Source of the DNA: an uncultured Collinsella sp.
GTDB lineage: Bacteria > Actinomycetota > Coriobacteriia > Coriobacteriales > Coriobacteriaceae
Direction: 5' to 3'
Length of the DNA stretch: 64,000 nt
Assembly (NCBI GenBank): GCA_900545605.1
Contig: UQZL01000002.1
Location: 43,943-107,942, forward strand
Made by a program: the position numbers and the translations under genes. Under the pieces are notes generated by a model that was given only the letters and a program-made list of their open reading frames with translations, was not told the origin of the DNA and made no database searches. This document shows, in pieces, positions 8,899 to 18,863 of this stretch; position 1 is the first letter of the stretch; the number at the start of each line of letters is the position of its first letter.

Positions 8899-11261
8899 GG
8901 ATTCTCAAGCTCTTTAAAAAGCATGTCCTGGCACTGTTCGCAGCTATCGTACTTATCGTAATCAGCTGCAACGCCGATCTGGCACTGCCTACCTATATGA
9001 GCGACATCGTCGACGTGGGCGTGCAGCAAGGCGGCATCGCCTCGCCCGTGCCCGACACCATCCGCGCCGAATCGCTCGACGACCTCGAACTCTTTATGAG
9101 CGCCAAGGACGCCAAGACGGTAGAGGCTGCGTTTGGCAAGGCAGACAAAAACGGGATTCGCACGTACAAGGGCACCGAGGACGAGCGCGCCGACGGCAGC
9201 AAGCTCGCCGACATTATGAGCCTGCCCGAAACTGTCGTCCTTTCGCTCAACCAGGGCATTGACGCCAGCTCCATGGGCGACATGATGGGCTCGTCCAGCG
9301 AGAAAGACAACAACGCCGCCCAGGCCATGCCCACCCCCGAGCAAATGGCAGCGATGACGCCCGAGCAGCTCGCCGAGATGCAGCAGAAGGCCGCAGCGGC
9401 GCAGAACATGCAAAAGCAGATTGATGCCGACGGCGGTAAGATCACCATGAAGAGCCTGCGTCTGGGCGTTGAAGGCGGCCTAATCGACCAGGGCAAGCTC
9501 GTCGAGGGTGCCAACCAAATGGCGGACAAAATGGGCTCCATGTCGGGCTCCATTGTGACCCAACGCGCCGTGAGCTATGTGCAGGACGAGTACAAGGCGC
9601 AGGGCATCGACCCCGCCGACGTGCAGAACGCGTACCTGAGCCGCATGGCGACCACGATGTTTGGGCTGTGCCTGGTGTCGCTCGTCGCCACCATCCTGAC
9701 CGGTGCCGTGGCGTCGCGCACCGCCTGCTCCATCGCCCGCGACCTGCGCCGCGAGACCTTCAACAAGGTTATGCACTTCTCTCCGGCCGAGGTGGGCAAA
9801 TTTAGCCAGGCCTCGCTCATTACCCGCTGCACCAACGACATTCAGCAGATCCAGATGGCCGCAACCCTGTTTATCCGTATGTGCCTGATGGCCCCCGTCA
9901 TGGGCATCGTCGCCGTCATGCGCGTCCTAGCCAACCACACCGGCCTGGAGTGGACCATCGCTGTGGCCATCATCGCGGTTTCGGCCGTCGTCGGCGTGCT
10001 CATGGGCCTCACCATGCCCAAGTTCAAAAAGATGCAGAGCTTTGTGGACCGCGTGAACCTTACCGCCCGCGAGCTGCTCGACGGCCTTATGCCCATCCGC
10101 TCGTTCAACCGCGAGGAGCATGAGCTCGAACGTTTTGACAAGGCGTCGCTCGACCTGATGACTACGCAGCTCTACACCAACCGCGCCATGAGCTTTATGA
10201 TGCCGCTCATGATGCTCGTCATGAACTGCATCACCGTGCTTATCGTCTGGTTTGGCGCGCAGGGCGTGTCCGACGGCGTGATGCAGGTCGGCAACATGAT
10301 GGCGTTCATCTCCTACACCATGCAGATCGTCATGGCGTTTATGATCCTCACCATGGTTTCGGTCATCCTGCCCCGCGCCGAGGTCGCAGCCGAGCGCGTG
10401 GAAGAGGTCATCACCTGCCCCACGAGTATCAACGACCCTGTCTCGCCCAAACTGCCTGCTGCCAGCGCGCCGCGCGGCGAGCTCACCTTCCGCGACGTGA
10501 GCTTCCAGTATCCCGATGCCCGCGCCGATGTCATTAGCAGCGTGAACTTCACCACGCACGCCGGCCAGATGCTCGGCATCATTGGCTCCACGGGCTCGGG
10601 CAAGTCAACGCTTGTGCAGTTGATTCCGCGCCTGTACGACGTCACGGGCGGCAGCATTTCGCTCGACGGCGTCGATGTGCGCGACATGACCCTTTCCGAG
10701 CTGCGTCGCCGCATTGGTTACATCCCGCAGCAGGGGCGCCTGTTCTCGGGCACTGTCGAGAGCAACCTCAAGTTTGCCGGCGACATGGTAAGCGATGATG
10801 ACATGCGCCAAGCCGCGCGCATCTCACAGGCCGAGGACTTTATCGCCGAGCGCGAGGGCGGCTACGACTCCCCCATCAGCCAGGGCGGCTCCAATGTTTC
10901 GGGTGGTCAGCGCCAGCGCCTGGCCATCGCCCGCGCGTTGGCCAAAAAGCCCGAGGTCGTGGTTTTCGATGATTCGTTTAGCGCCCTCGACTACAAGACC
11001 GACGCTCGCCTGCGCGAAGAGCTTGCCAAAAACGTTACCGACGCCGCGCTCGTGGTCGTGGCCCAGCGCATCGCAACCATCATGCACGCCGACCAGATCA
11101 TCGTGCTCGACGACGGCCATGTGGTGGGCACCGGCACGCACGAGGAGCTGCTGCACAGCTGCCCGGCGTACCTGGAGATCGCACAGTCGCAGCTTTCCGC
11201 CGAGGAGCTGGGGCTTACCCAAGAAGAAATTGCAGCCGTCACGGAAGGAGGCGAGCGCTAA
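8895..11261 (+). CDS. ABC exporter subunit (TMD+NBD), heterodimer partner 1
   Basis: Walker A GSTGSGKS, VSGGQRQR, degenerate Walker B VFDD, AQR switch; long insertion after TM1. Confidence 0.92.
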   Translation: MRILKLFKKHVLALFAAIVLIVISCNADLALPTYMSDIVDVGVQQGGIASPVPDTIRAESLDDLELFMSAKDAKTVEAAFGKADKNGIRTYKGTEDERADGSKLADIMSLPETVVLSLNQGIDASSMGDMMGSSSEKDNNAAQAMPTPEQMAAMTPEQLAEMQQKAAAAQNMQKQIDADGGKITMKSLRLGVEGGLIDQGKLVEGANQMADKMGSMSGSIVTQRAVSYVQDEYKAQGIDPADVQNAYLSRMATTMFGLCLVSLVATILTGAVASRTACSIARDLRRETFNKVMHFSPAEVGKFSQASLITRCTNDIQQIQMAATLFIRMCLMAPVMGIVAVMRVLANHTGLEWTIAVAIIAVSAVVGVLMGLTMPKFKKMQSFVDRVNLTARELLDGLMPIRSFNREEHELERFDKASLDLMTTQLYTNRAMSFMMPLMMLVMNCITVLIVWFGAQGVSDGVMQVGNMMAFISYTMQIVMAFMILTMVSVILPRAEVAAERVEEVITCPTSINDPVSPKLPAASAPRGELTFRDVSFQYPDARADVISSVNFTTHAGQMLGIIGSTGSGKSTLVQLIPRLYDVTGGSISLDGVDVRDMTLSELRRRIGYIPQQGRLFSGTVESNLKFAGDMVSDDDMRQAARISQAEDFIAEREGGYDSPISQGGSNVSGGQRQRLAIARALAKKPEVVVFDDSFSALDYKTDARLREELAKNVTDAALVVVAQRIATIMHADQIIVLDDGHVVGTGTHEELLHSCPAYLEIAQSQLSAEELGLTQEEIAAVTEGGER

Positions 11262-13117
11262 TGGCAGACGAGACCAAGACTCAGATTCCCAAGCCCACCC
11301 GCCAGCGTGGTCCCATGGGCCGCATGGGTGGCATGCGCCGTGGCGAAAAGGCCAAGGACTTTAAGGGCACCATGAGGCAGCTGCTCGGCTATATCGGTCA
11401 ACACAAGGTTGCCGTGTTTGCCGCCGTCGCCTTTGCCGTGTGCTCGGTCATCTTTAACATTGTGGGACCCAAGGTGCTCGGCCAGGTTACGACCAAGCTG
11501 TTCGAGGGCCTGGTCGCCAAGGTCAACGGCACCGGCGACGTTGACTTTGATTGGATCGCCAAGACGCTCGGCTTTTTGCTCTGCCTGTATCTGGCAAGCT
11601 CTGCCTGTAGCCTGATCCAGGGCTGGCTCATGACCGGCGTCACGCAAAAGATCTGCTATCGCATGCGCAAGGAGATCGCCGCCAAGATCGCCGTCGTGCC
11701 GATGAGCTACTTTAACGGACACAGCAAGGGCGACGTGCTCAGCCGCATCACCAACGACGTCGATACGCTCGGCCAGTCACTCAACCAGAGCGTGACGCAG
11801 CTCATCACGTCGGTGACGCAGATTATCGGCGTGCTCGTCATGATGCTGTCAATCAGTCTGCCGCTCACCGGCGTCACCGTGCTCACACTGCCGGCCGCCG
11901 CGATTATCCTGACCGTGATGATTCACTTCTCGCAGCCGTACTTCCGCGAGCAACAGCAAGTCCTGGGCGCCGTCAACGGCATTATCGAGGAGGACTTTGC
12001 CGGCCAGAACGTTATTCAGGTGTTCGACCGCGCCGAGGCCTCGATCGAGGAGTTCGACCGTCAGAACGACCGCTTGTTTATTAGTGGCTGGCGCTCGCAG
12101 TTCCTGTCGGGCCTGATGATGCCGCTCATGAGCTTGGTGGGCAACATGGGCTACGTGGGCGTCGTCGTGGTAGGCGCGCAACTCGCGCTGACCGGCAATG
12201 CCACGCCCGGCGACATCCAGAGCTTTATCCAGTACGTGCGCAACTTTACTCAGCCGGTGCAGCAGCTGGGCAACGTGAGCAACACGATGCAGTCGATGGC
12301 TGCCGCCACCGAGCGCGTCTTTGAGTTCCTGGCCGCGCCCGAGGAGGAGCAGAAGGCCGACGCGCAGATTCCCGAGAAGCGCCCCGGCCACGTGGTGTTT
12401 GACCATGTCAAGTTTGGCTACACGCCCGACAAGATCATCATCCACGACTTTAGCTGCGAGGCGCAGCCCGGCCAGACCATCGCCATCGTCGGCCCCACCG
12501 GCGCCGGCAAGACCACGCTCATTAAGCTGCTGCAGCGCTTCTACGACGTGGACGGCGGCTCGCTGCGTGTCGAGGGCGTCGATGTGCGCGACTGGGACCG
12601 CGCGGCGCTTCGCGGCGAGTTTGCCATGGTGCTGCAGGACACCTGGCTGTTTAACGGCACCATCCGCGAGAACATCCGCTACGGACGCCCCGACGCGAGC
12701 GATGCCGAGGTCGAGGCCGCTGCGCGCGCCGCACGCTGCGACCACTTTATTCATACGCTCGCCGGTGGCTACGACTTTATGATCAACGAGGAGGGCACCA
12801 ACCTGTCGCAGGGTCAGCGCCAGCTCGTGACCATCGCCCGTGCCATTTTGGCCGACCGCCCGGCACTGATTCTGGACGAGGCGACTTCCAACGTCGATAC
12901 CCGTACCGAGGAGCTCATTCAGCGCGCCATGGATGCGCTGATGCAGGGCCGCACCAGCTTTGTCATCGCGCACCGCCTGTCCACGATCCGCAACGCCGAC
13001 GTGATCTTGGTGATTCGCGACGGCGACATCGTCGAGAAGGGCACGCACGACGAGCTGCTCGCCCAGGGCGGCTTCTACGCCGACCTGTACAACTCGCAGT
13101 TCGACGAAGCGGCGTAA
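11261..13117 (+). CDS. ABC exporter subunit (TMD+NBD), heterodimer partner 2
   Basis: GPTGAGKT, LSQGQRQ, LILDEAT, AHRLST. Confidence 0.93.
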   Translation: MADETKTQIPKPTRQRGPMGRMGGMRRGEKAKDFKGTMRQLLGYIGQHKVAVFAAVAFAVCSVIFNIVGPKVLGQVTTKLFEGLVAKVNGTGDVDFDWIAKTLGFLLCLYLASSACSLIQGWLMTGVTQKICYRMRKEIAAKIAVVPMSYFNGHSKGDVLSRITNDVDTLGQSLNQSVTQLITSVTQIIGVLVMMLSISLPLTGVTVLTLPAAAIILTVMIHFSQPYFREQQQVLGAVNGIIEEDFAGQNVIQVFDRAEASIEEFDRQNDRLFISGWRSQFLSGLMMPLMSLVGNMGYVGVVVVGAQLALTGNATPGDIQSFIQYVRNFTQPVQQLGNVSNTMQSMAAATERVFEFLAAPEEEQKADAQIPEKRPGHVVFDHVKFGYTPDKIIIHDFSCEAQPGQTIAIVGPTGAGKTTLIKLLQRFYDVDGGSLRVEGVDVRDWDRAALRGEFAMVLQDTWLFNGTIRENIRYGRPDASDAEVEAAARAARCDHFIHTLAGGYDFMINEEGTNLSQGQRQLVTIARAILADRPALILDEATSNVDTRTEELIQRAMDALMQGRTSFVIAHRLSTIRNADVILVIRDGDIVEKGTHDELLAQGGFYADLYNSQFDEAA

Positions 13118-13146
13118 ATTCTGCTGCAGGGAACGAATAACGCCCG

Positions 13147-13187
13147 AGAACGGGGACGCAGGACAACCTGCGCCCCCGTTTTTGTTC
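13147..13187 (+). terminator. Intrinsic terminator after the ABC operon
   Basis: Stem AACGGGGACGCAGG / CCTGCGCCCCCGTT followed by a T-run. Confidence 0.6.
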
Positions 13188-13242
13188 TGCGACCCTCAAA
13201 CCGCCTCCCCTGGGACCTGATTGGCAGCCCCTTCGAGGCCCC

Positions 13243-13472
13243 GTGGGCAAAAAATGGCAAATTTGAGTACTGTAACCTTTTTAGTAACAGCCAAAACAGC
13301 CCCAAACGATCTCTTTGCGGCCTAGATATGCCTTCAAATTGATCAAAATGCCCGGTAGCATGCTTCTGTGTGCCAACGTTAATGAACATATTTACTGTTG
13401 TGTCTATTATCTTGTAAGATCGATATGATACTACGCTAGCAACAGTACTCATATTTGCCATTTTTTGTCCAC
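13243..13472. repeat. MITE-like element: 31-bp terminal inverted repeats around AT-rich DNA
   Basis: GTGGGCAAAAAATGGCAAATTTGAGTACTGT (13243-13273) versus ACAGTACTCATATTTGCCATTTTTTGTCCAC (13442-13472), 2 mismatches. Confidence 0.7.
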
Positions 13473-13685
13473 AGGGTATGCCGTAGAAGATCCAACTTGC
13501 TCCAGCGTGCCGTACGTTGGCCCTCCCCTTCCGGCGAGCGCCGACATTTCCCCAGATAAAACCGACCAAAATAAACCTGTCCCTTTTCGGCAGATTTCGC
13601 TTGCACTTTAGCGTGCGACAGCGGATAATGCCGAGCATTCGAGAATTCGCCAATTGTTGCCGTTAATTGATAAAGGAGGCCCCAT

Positions 13686-14717
13686 ATGGCCATGGAATTC
13701 AAGCGCAGGTTGCCGATCCCCATGGAGATCCGCGAGGAAATGCCGCTTTCCGCCGAGCTTACCGCCAAAAAGCAGGCATTCGACGCCGAGGTCGCCAAGG
13801 TCTTTACCGGCGAGGACGCACGCAAGGTGCTCATCATCGGCCCGTGCTCTGCCGACCGCGAGGATTCGGTGCTTGAGTACATGAACCGACTGGCCAAAAC
13901 CGCCGAAGAGGTCAAGGACAAACTCATCATCATTCCGCGCGTCTACACCAACAAGCCGCGCACCAAGGGCACTGGCTACAAAGGCCTGCTGCACAACCCC
14001 GACCCCGAGGCGCCCGATGACCTGCTCGAAGGCGTCAAGGCCATCCGCCACATGCACCTGCGCGTCATCGAGGAGACCGGTTTCTTTACCGCCGACGAGA
14101 TGCTCTACCCGTCCAACTACCAGTACCTCGTCGACCTGCTGAGCTACGTTGCCGTGGGCGCGCGCTCGGTCGAAAACCAGGAGCATCGCCTGGTGTCGAG
14201 CGGCATTTCGGTGCCCGTCGGCATGAAAAACCCCACCGCCGGTTCCACCACCGTCATGCTTAACTCCATCTACGCCGCCCAGGCACATCAAAGCTTCATC
14301 TTCCGCAACTGGGAGGTTGAGTGCGACGGCAACCCGCTCGCACACGCCGTTATGCGTGGCTACATCGGTCTCGACGGTCGTACCTACCCCAATTACCACT
14401 ACGAACACCTGGAGCGCCTGGCCGAGCGCTATACCGAGCATGCCGGCTACGCCAACCCGGCGGCGGTCATCGACTGCAACCACGACAACTCGGGCAAGCG
14501 CCCACTGGAGCAGTATCGTATTTGCAAGGAGGTGCTCGACAGCTGCCGCCGCAACGAGTCCATCTCCAAGCTGGTCAAGGGCTTTATGATCGAATCCTAC
14601 CTGGAGGATGGCAATCAGTCAGTCGATGGCGGCGTCTTTGGCAAGTCGATCACCGACCCGTGCCTGGGCTGGGAAAAGACCGACTACCTCATCCACGAGA
14701 TCGCGGAGCGGGTGTAG
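13686..14717 (+). CDS. DAHP synthase (class I-alpha, AroF/G/H type)
   Basis: IIGPCS, KPRT, GARS, VGMKN, DCNHDNS, SITDPCLGW motifs; AAAGGAGG RBS. Confidence 0.93.
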   Translation: MAMEFKRRLPIPMEIREEMPLSAELTAKKQAFDAEVAKVFTGEDARKVLIIGPCSADREDSVLEYMNRLAKTAEEVKDKLIIIPRVYTNKPRTKGTGYKGLLHNPDPEAPDDLLEGVKAIRHMHLRVIEETGFFTADEMLYPSNYQYLVDLLSYVAVGARSVENQEHRLVSSGISVPVGMKNPTAGSTTVMLNSIYAAQAHQSFIFRNWEVECDGNPLAHAVMRGYIGLDGRTYPNYHYEHLERLAERYTEHAGYANPAAVIDCNHDNSGKRPLEQYRICKEVLDSCRRNESISKLVKGFMIESYLEDGNQSVDGGVFGKSITDPCLGWEKTDYLIHEIAERV

Positions 14718-14746
14718 GTTACGGCGTTTTACCAAACGCCGTAACC
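14717..14746. terminator. Hairpin after DAHP synthase
   Basis: GGTTACGGCGTTT-TACC-AAACGCCGTAACC perfect stem. Confidence 0.55.
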
Positions 14747-14907
14747 GGCCGACGCTGCAAACCCGCCAGAGCGAGCAATCTGCCTTTCAGCTTCGACGGC
14801 ATGACCAAAAGGTCAATGCCGCCTCGCTTCAAGGCACCTTGCTCGCTCTGGCGGATTTTCGCTGACGTTTTTCTGCCAGCGTCGTTGCCAAAGCTGGCAC
14901 TTGGGGA

Positions 14908-14980
14908 CGCTCCTTTTGGGGTAGTCGTTGGAGACGCTCTTGTTTGACTAGTCTTTTAAGAACGTCCCCAATGACTACCC
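14908..14980. repeat. GGGTAG...CTACCC palindrome; partial second copy at about 52676-52707
   Basis: GGGTAGTCGTTGGAGACG...GACTAGTC...CGTCCCCAATGACTACCC. The string GACTAGTC(T/G)TTTAAGAACGTCCCCAATGACT recurs near 52677. Confidence 0.7.
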
Positions 14981-15096
14981 AATTGCCACCTCTCCGTCCC
15001 CGAGGTATCGGGGCTCGTCTGCCGAATGATTGATGCGGGCGCCCTGCGGCCATGTCACACTCAGAAGTGGCCTGACCCAACTTGGAAGGAGCCCCC

Positions 15097-15741
15097 ATGA
15101 GCCTTGACAACGTAACTCTGCGTGCCGCCACGCTCGATGACCTGGCCGGCATCGCCGCCATCTACAACCAGCTGTGGTGCAACACGCTGCGCAACCGAGG
15201 CGACGTCGAAGCTGCCGATTTCTGTGCGCGCTTTAACATCGCCATGCAGCTGCAGCGCTCCCCCATCGCGCTCGTTACCGAAGCTGAAGGCCGCATCATC
15301 GCCTCTTGCTGCATCGGCATCTTCGAAGACGGCAAACCACGCACCAATCCCACGTGGGAGCCCTGCTACAACGAGATGTTCGCCCAGGCAACCGAGATGG
15401 CATAGACCGCCGATGCCAAGCTCGAAGGCTCGCTCTTTGGCGATAGCCGCGAGAAGGCAACGGCCGACCGCTTTGCCGCCACGGGCAACGAATATGCCCA
15501 GGGCCAGATCAACCTGATCATCATCGTGCCCGAATGGCAGGGCAAGGGGCTCGGCCGTGCGCTCATCGACCTTGCGCGCGCCGAACTCGCCAAAGCCGGG
15601 TGCACCAAATTCTTCCTGATGAGCGACTGCAACTCCGATTGGCAGTTCTACGAGCACCTCAACATGAAGCGCATCCTGGAGGATCACAGCCAGGACACCG
15701 GCGACGGATTTATCGTCTATATGCACGGAGGCACGCTCTAA
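15097..15741 (+). pseudogene. GNAT acetyltransferase interrupted by an in-frame TAG at 15403-15405
   Basis: ORFs 15082-15405 and 15526-15741 share a frame. Reading through the TAG gives a continuous protein with N-terminal LRAATLDDL and the acetyl-CoA motif VPEWQGKGLGRAL. Confidence 0.8.
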
Positions 15742-15823
15742 GTACTCCTTCAATCAAGGCGAGCCGGGCACCCGGCCCTTGGCCTCTGCCCAGGAATAAC
15801 CCAGGGGGCCGGACTGCCCGTCC

Positions 15824-17374
15824 CTAAACCTGCCCGACAGCGCGATATCTCGTCGCCCGAGCGCGCCCCTCTTTAACGAGTGCGCCTTCCTCAAGCAAAC
15901 CGTTGATAACCCGCAGCGTCACGTCGCGCCCAGTTCCCAGAGCGTCCGAAGCATCCTGGCGCGTAAAACCGCGGGGCCGCTCAAGGGCAAAGCGAATCAA
16001 GGTGCGAGCGTATCCACCACGTCGCTCGTCCGAGACATCCTGTAGCATCGCGGACGCCTTGCACGCAACATCAAAGCCAAGCTCCTCCACGAGCTTGGCA
16101 CGCACCTCGTGGCCGCAGTCGCCATTCATCGACACGTGCCTTTCTCGCTGCGCTCGCACGGATGCAAACGCCTGCGAAACATCGGGCGGCAGCGCCCCTT
16201 CCCGCTCGAGCTGCTCATAATCGCTGTAATCCCCACGCAAGTTGGGACCGCTATTGCCACGAGGCGTCAGATAGGAATTGCGCACGGCGTTGACGTTGGG
16301 CAGCGACAACCTAAACATTGCAGGGTAGGCGCAGACCTCGGGTTCCAACCCTTCCGCCTCATAGAGCGCACGAATCCCCTTGAGGCCCGTTCCAAACGCC
16401 TCAACCATCCCCAGACGCAAAAAGAGCAGTTGCAGCTTTGGATTCCGAGCGTCCGAGCCGCCCGCAAGCGCCTCCTCGACGCTGATGTGCTGCGGCCCTC
16501 CCGCATTGGTAAATTCAAGCGCCGTACGGCTCATCTTGATAAGAGACGCCACCGAAGATTCGTAGTCGCGATGGATAAACAGGTTCAGAATTCCCTCTCG
16601 AACAGCCTCGCGGGGATAGTCGTCCTTATCTATGCGATCGAGCCTTCCCGGCACAAAGTACATACGCGTTGCGTTCGATATATTGAGGAACCGTTCGATA
16701 TCCTCTATCTGCCTGAAGATCGAGCCCTCGCCATCCTGACGGTCGATAAACTCGGTATACGCATCGTCGTTGAAGAGGCCAGCGCGGACTGCAAAGGGGT
16801 TTTGGTCAGAGACCAGCAGTGCCAAATTGGTGTAAAAGCCCAGCTCATCGATAAGGCCGAGATTCTTTTGAGAGGTTTGGTCAAACGTAATCTCCGCGCG
16901 CCTAAAGACCCGCTCGGCTTCAAAAAACGTCAAGCTCTGTTCATGAGAGCGCGCGGTCTCAAAATAATCGCCGTCGGTGCGCTTGATCATCGAGCGGATC
17001 TGGGCCATCTCGATGGGCACGTTGGCAGGACCTAGGCGCCGATATACCCCGGCGGGAACAAATCCCTTCGAGCACAGGCAGTACGGCTTGTGAGGACCCG
17101 CTTCCACCTCGATTTTCACCAACGCTGCGCCATCGATGTCCAATGCGGAGACCGTCGTGATTTCAGAAACGTCGGGATACACGCCATCGGTTATTGCATT
17201 AGAGCATTGAAGCATGGTGGCATCGATATCGTCCACGCCGACGATGCTGCCAAAATCGTCGATTCCGATATACAAGGTACCGCCATTCGAATTGGCAAAC
17301 GCCACCACAGCTTTGAGCAGCTTAGGGGTAAATGTGCACTTGAACTCCACGGTCTCACTTTCAACAAGCTGCAT
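15824..17374 (-). CDS. AlbA_2 (Schlafen-like) domain + HATPase_c_4-like domain + C-terminal wHTH protein
   Basis: ESETVEFK...VVAFANSNGGTLYIGIDD (AlbA_2), YPREAVREGILNLFIHRDY, RNP...VEAFGTG, C-terminal HTH ending GRARATRY. Confidence 0.85.
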   Translation of the reverse strand: MQLVESETVEFKCTFTPKLLKAVVAFANSNGGTLYIGIDDFGSIVGVDDIDATMLQCSNAITDGVYPDVSEITTVSALDIDGAALVKIEVEAGPHKPYCLCSKGFVPAGVYRRLGPANVPIEMAQIRSMIKRTDGDYFETARSHEQSLTFFEAERVFRRAEITFDQTSQKNLGLIDELGFYTNLALLVSDQNPFAVRAGLFNDDAYTEFIDRQDGEGSIFRQIEDIERFLNISNATRMYFVPGRLDRIDKDDYPREAVREGILNLFIHRDYESSVASLIKMSRTALEFTNAGGPQHISVEEALAGGSDARNPKLQLLFLRLGMVEAFGTGLKGIRALYEAEGLEPEVCAYPAMFRLSLPNVNAVRNSYLTPRGNSGPNLRGDYSDYEQLEREGALPPDVSQAFASVRAQRERHVSMNGDCGHEVRAKLVEELGFDVACKASAMLQDVSDERRGGYARTLIRFALERPRGFTRQDASDALGTGRDVTLRVINGLLEEGALVKEGRARATRYRAVGQV

Positions 17375-17563
17375 GCTACCCCCCATCATCGACTATCGAC
17401 GATTCTAGACCAACTATCGACGATAAGCAAGGCCCCTGGTACCCTCGCTTAGACCCGAGTGCCCGCGTGCAACGCTGCCCGCCGCACGCAAAAGGGCCCG
17501 CCAGCGTGTGCGCCAGCGGGCCCCAGGTCATATCGACACTACCCCGTGTGCCTGCAACCGCCT

Positions 17564-18685
17564 CTACTTGCAGCGCGCCTTGGGCTGCTGCTGGGTGATG
17601 CAGTGAATGTTGCCGCCGCCGTAAATAACCTCGCGAGTCATGATACCGATGACTTCGCGGTCCGGATAAGCAGCCTGGATATCCTTGAGCGCCTGGGCGT
17701 CATTGGGATCGCCGAACTGCGGTACAAGCACCGCACCGTTGATGGGCAGGAAGTTGAGGTAGCTCGGCTCGAAAGCGTCCTCGGGAGTACGCGGCAGCAC
17801 ACCCTCGACGGGGTCAATCGTGCTGGCCTCCTCTTCGGTCATATATACCGAGGTCGCAGGCATAATCACCTTGTGGATCTTGAGCTTGCGGCCACGGGCA
17901 TCTGTCGTCTCGGAAAGCGTCTTATACGCCTCTTGGCACTCCTTGTAGAACTTATGGTTGGGATCATCGGTCCACATGCAGCAGACCTCGCCGGGCGCAC
18001 TAAAGCATGCGACGTCGTCCACGTGCCCGTTGGTCTCAAACGGGTCGATGCCGTCCTTGATCCAAATGACCTTCTCGATGCCCAGGTACTCGGCAAGCTT
18101 CTCCTCGATCTGCTCCTTGGTGTACTGGGGGTTGCGGTCCTCATTGAGCAGACACATCTCGGTGGTCACGACGGTGCCTTGACCATCACAGTTGAACGAG
18201 CCACCCTCGAGGATGTAGTCCTCGGGACGATAACGGTTAACCTGCTCAAGCTGTGCCACCTGCAGGCCAATGGAAGCATCCTTGTCCCACGGGAAGTACA
18301 GACCGTCAATGAAACCGCCGTAAGCATTAAAGTGGAAGTGCGAAAGGGCCACCTCCCCATTGTCATTAACGAGGAACGCCGGGCCGGGGTCGCGAATCCA
18401 GCTGTCGTTGTACTCCATGTGGATAACGCGCACGTTCTCAACACCGTCGAAGATCTCGCACACCGCGGGGAAGTCTTCGGTGTTGACGCCTACCGTGATG
18501 GGCTGAAAGCGTGCAACGGTCTTAATGATCTCGGTGAAGACCTTCTGCGCCGGCTTGGCGCCGCAGCGCCACACGTCGGAGCGGTGCGGCCACAGAATCC
18601 AGGTGCGCTCCTGCTCCTCATACTCGCCGGGCATATAGAACCCGTCCTTCTTAGGCGTGGATTCACTCTCGTAGATGGTCTTCAT
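17564..18685 (-). CDS. aguA: Agmatine deiminase, copy 1
   Basis: MPGEY, DSWIRD, LEGGS, TNGHVD, catalytic GGGNIHCITQQ. Confidence 0.92.
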   Translation of the reverse strand: MKTIYESESTPKKDGFYMPGEYEEQERTWILWPHRSDVWRCGAKPAQKVFTEIIKTVARFQPITVGVNTEDFPAVCEIFDGVENVRVIHMEYNDSWIRDPGPAFLVNDNGEVALSHFHFNAYGGFIDGLYFPWDKDASIGLQVAQLEQVNRYRPEDYILEGGSFNCDGQGTVVTTEMCLLNEDRNPQYTKEQIEEKLAEYLGIEKVIWIKDGIDPFETNGHVDDVACFSAPGEVCCMWTDDPNHKFYKECQEAYKTLSETTDARGRKLKIHKVIMPATSVYMTEEEASTIDPVEGVLPRTPEDAFEPSYLNFLPINGAVLVPQFGDPNDAQALKDIQAAYPDREVIGIMTREVIYGGGNIHCITQQQPKARCK

Positions 18686-18863
18686 TTCAAGCTCCTAAAT
18701 CTCGGTGCTTTTGCTTGACGAGACCATGATGCGGCCGCACCGAGATGTTCTCAATAGTCCCTCGAGCCCCTTTCAGCGACCAACGGTATACCATTCGCTG
18801 ACCTAAAGTTCTATTCAGGCCGAGAACATGACATACTGGGTTCCACAATGGAAAGGACGCCCT

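Noticed and set aside
9300..9420. Low-complexity MPTPEQMAAMTPEQLAEMQQ insertion in the ABC exporter
   Set aside because: Variable loop insertions after TM1 are common in this exporter family.
13075..13653. 192-aa minus-strand ORF sharing NLPKRDRFIL.GFIW with ORF 33441-33785
   Set aside because: The similarity comes from translating the non-coding dispersed repeat.
15403..15405. Pyrrolysine or programmed readthrough
   Set aside because: No pyl genes in the window and GNATs are not typical pyrrolysine proteins; a simple nonsense mutation is more parsimonious.
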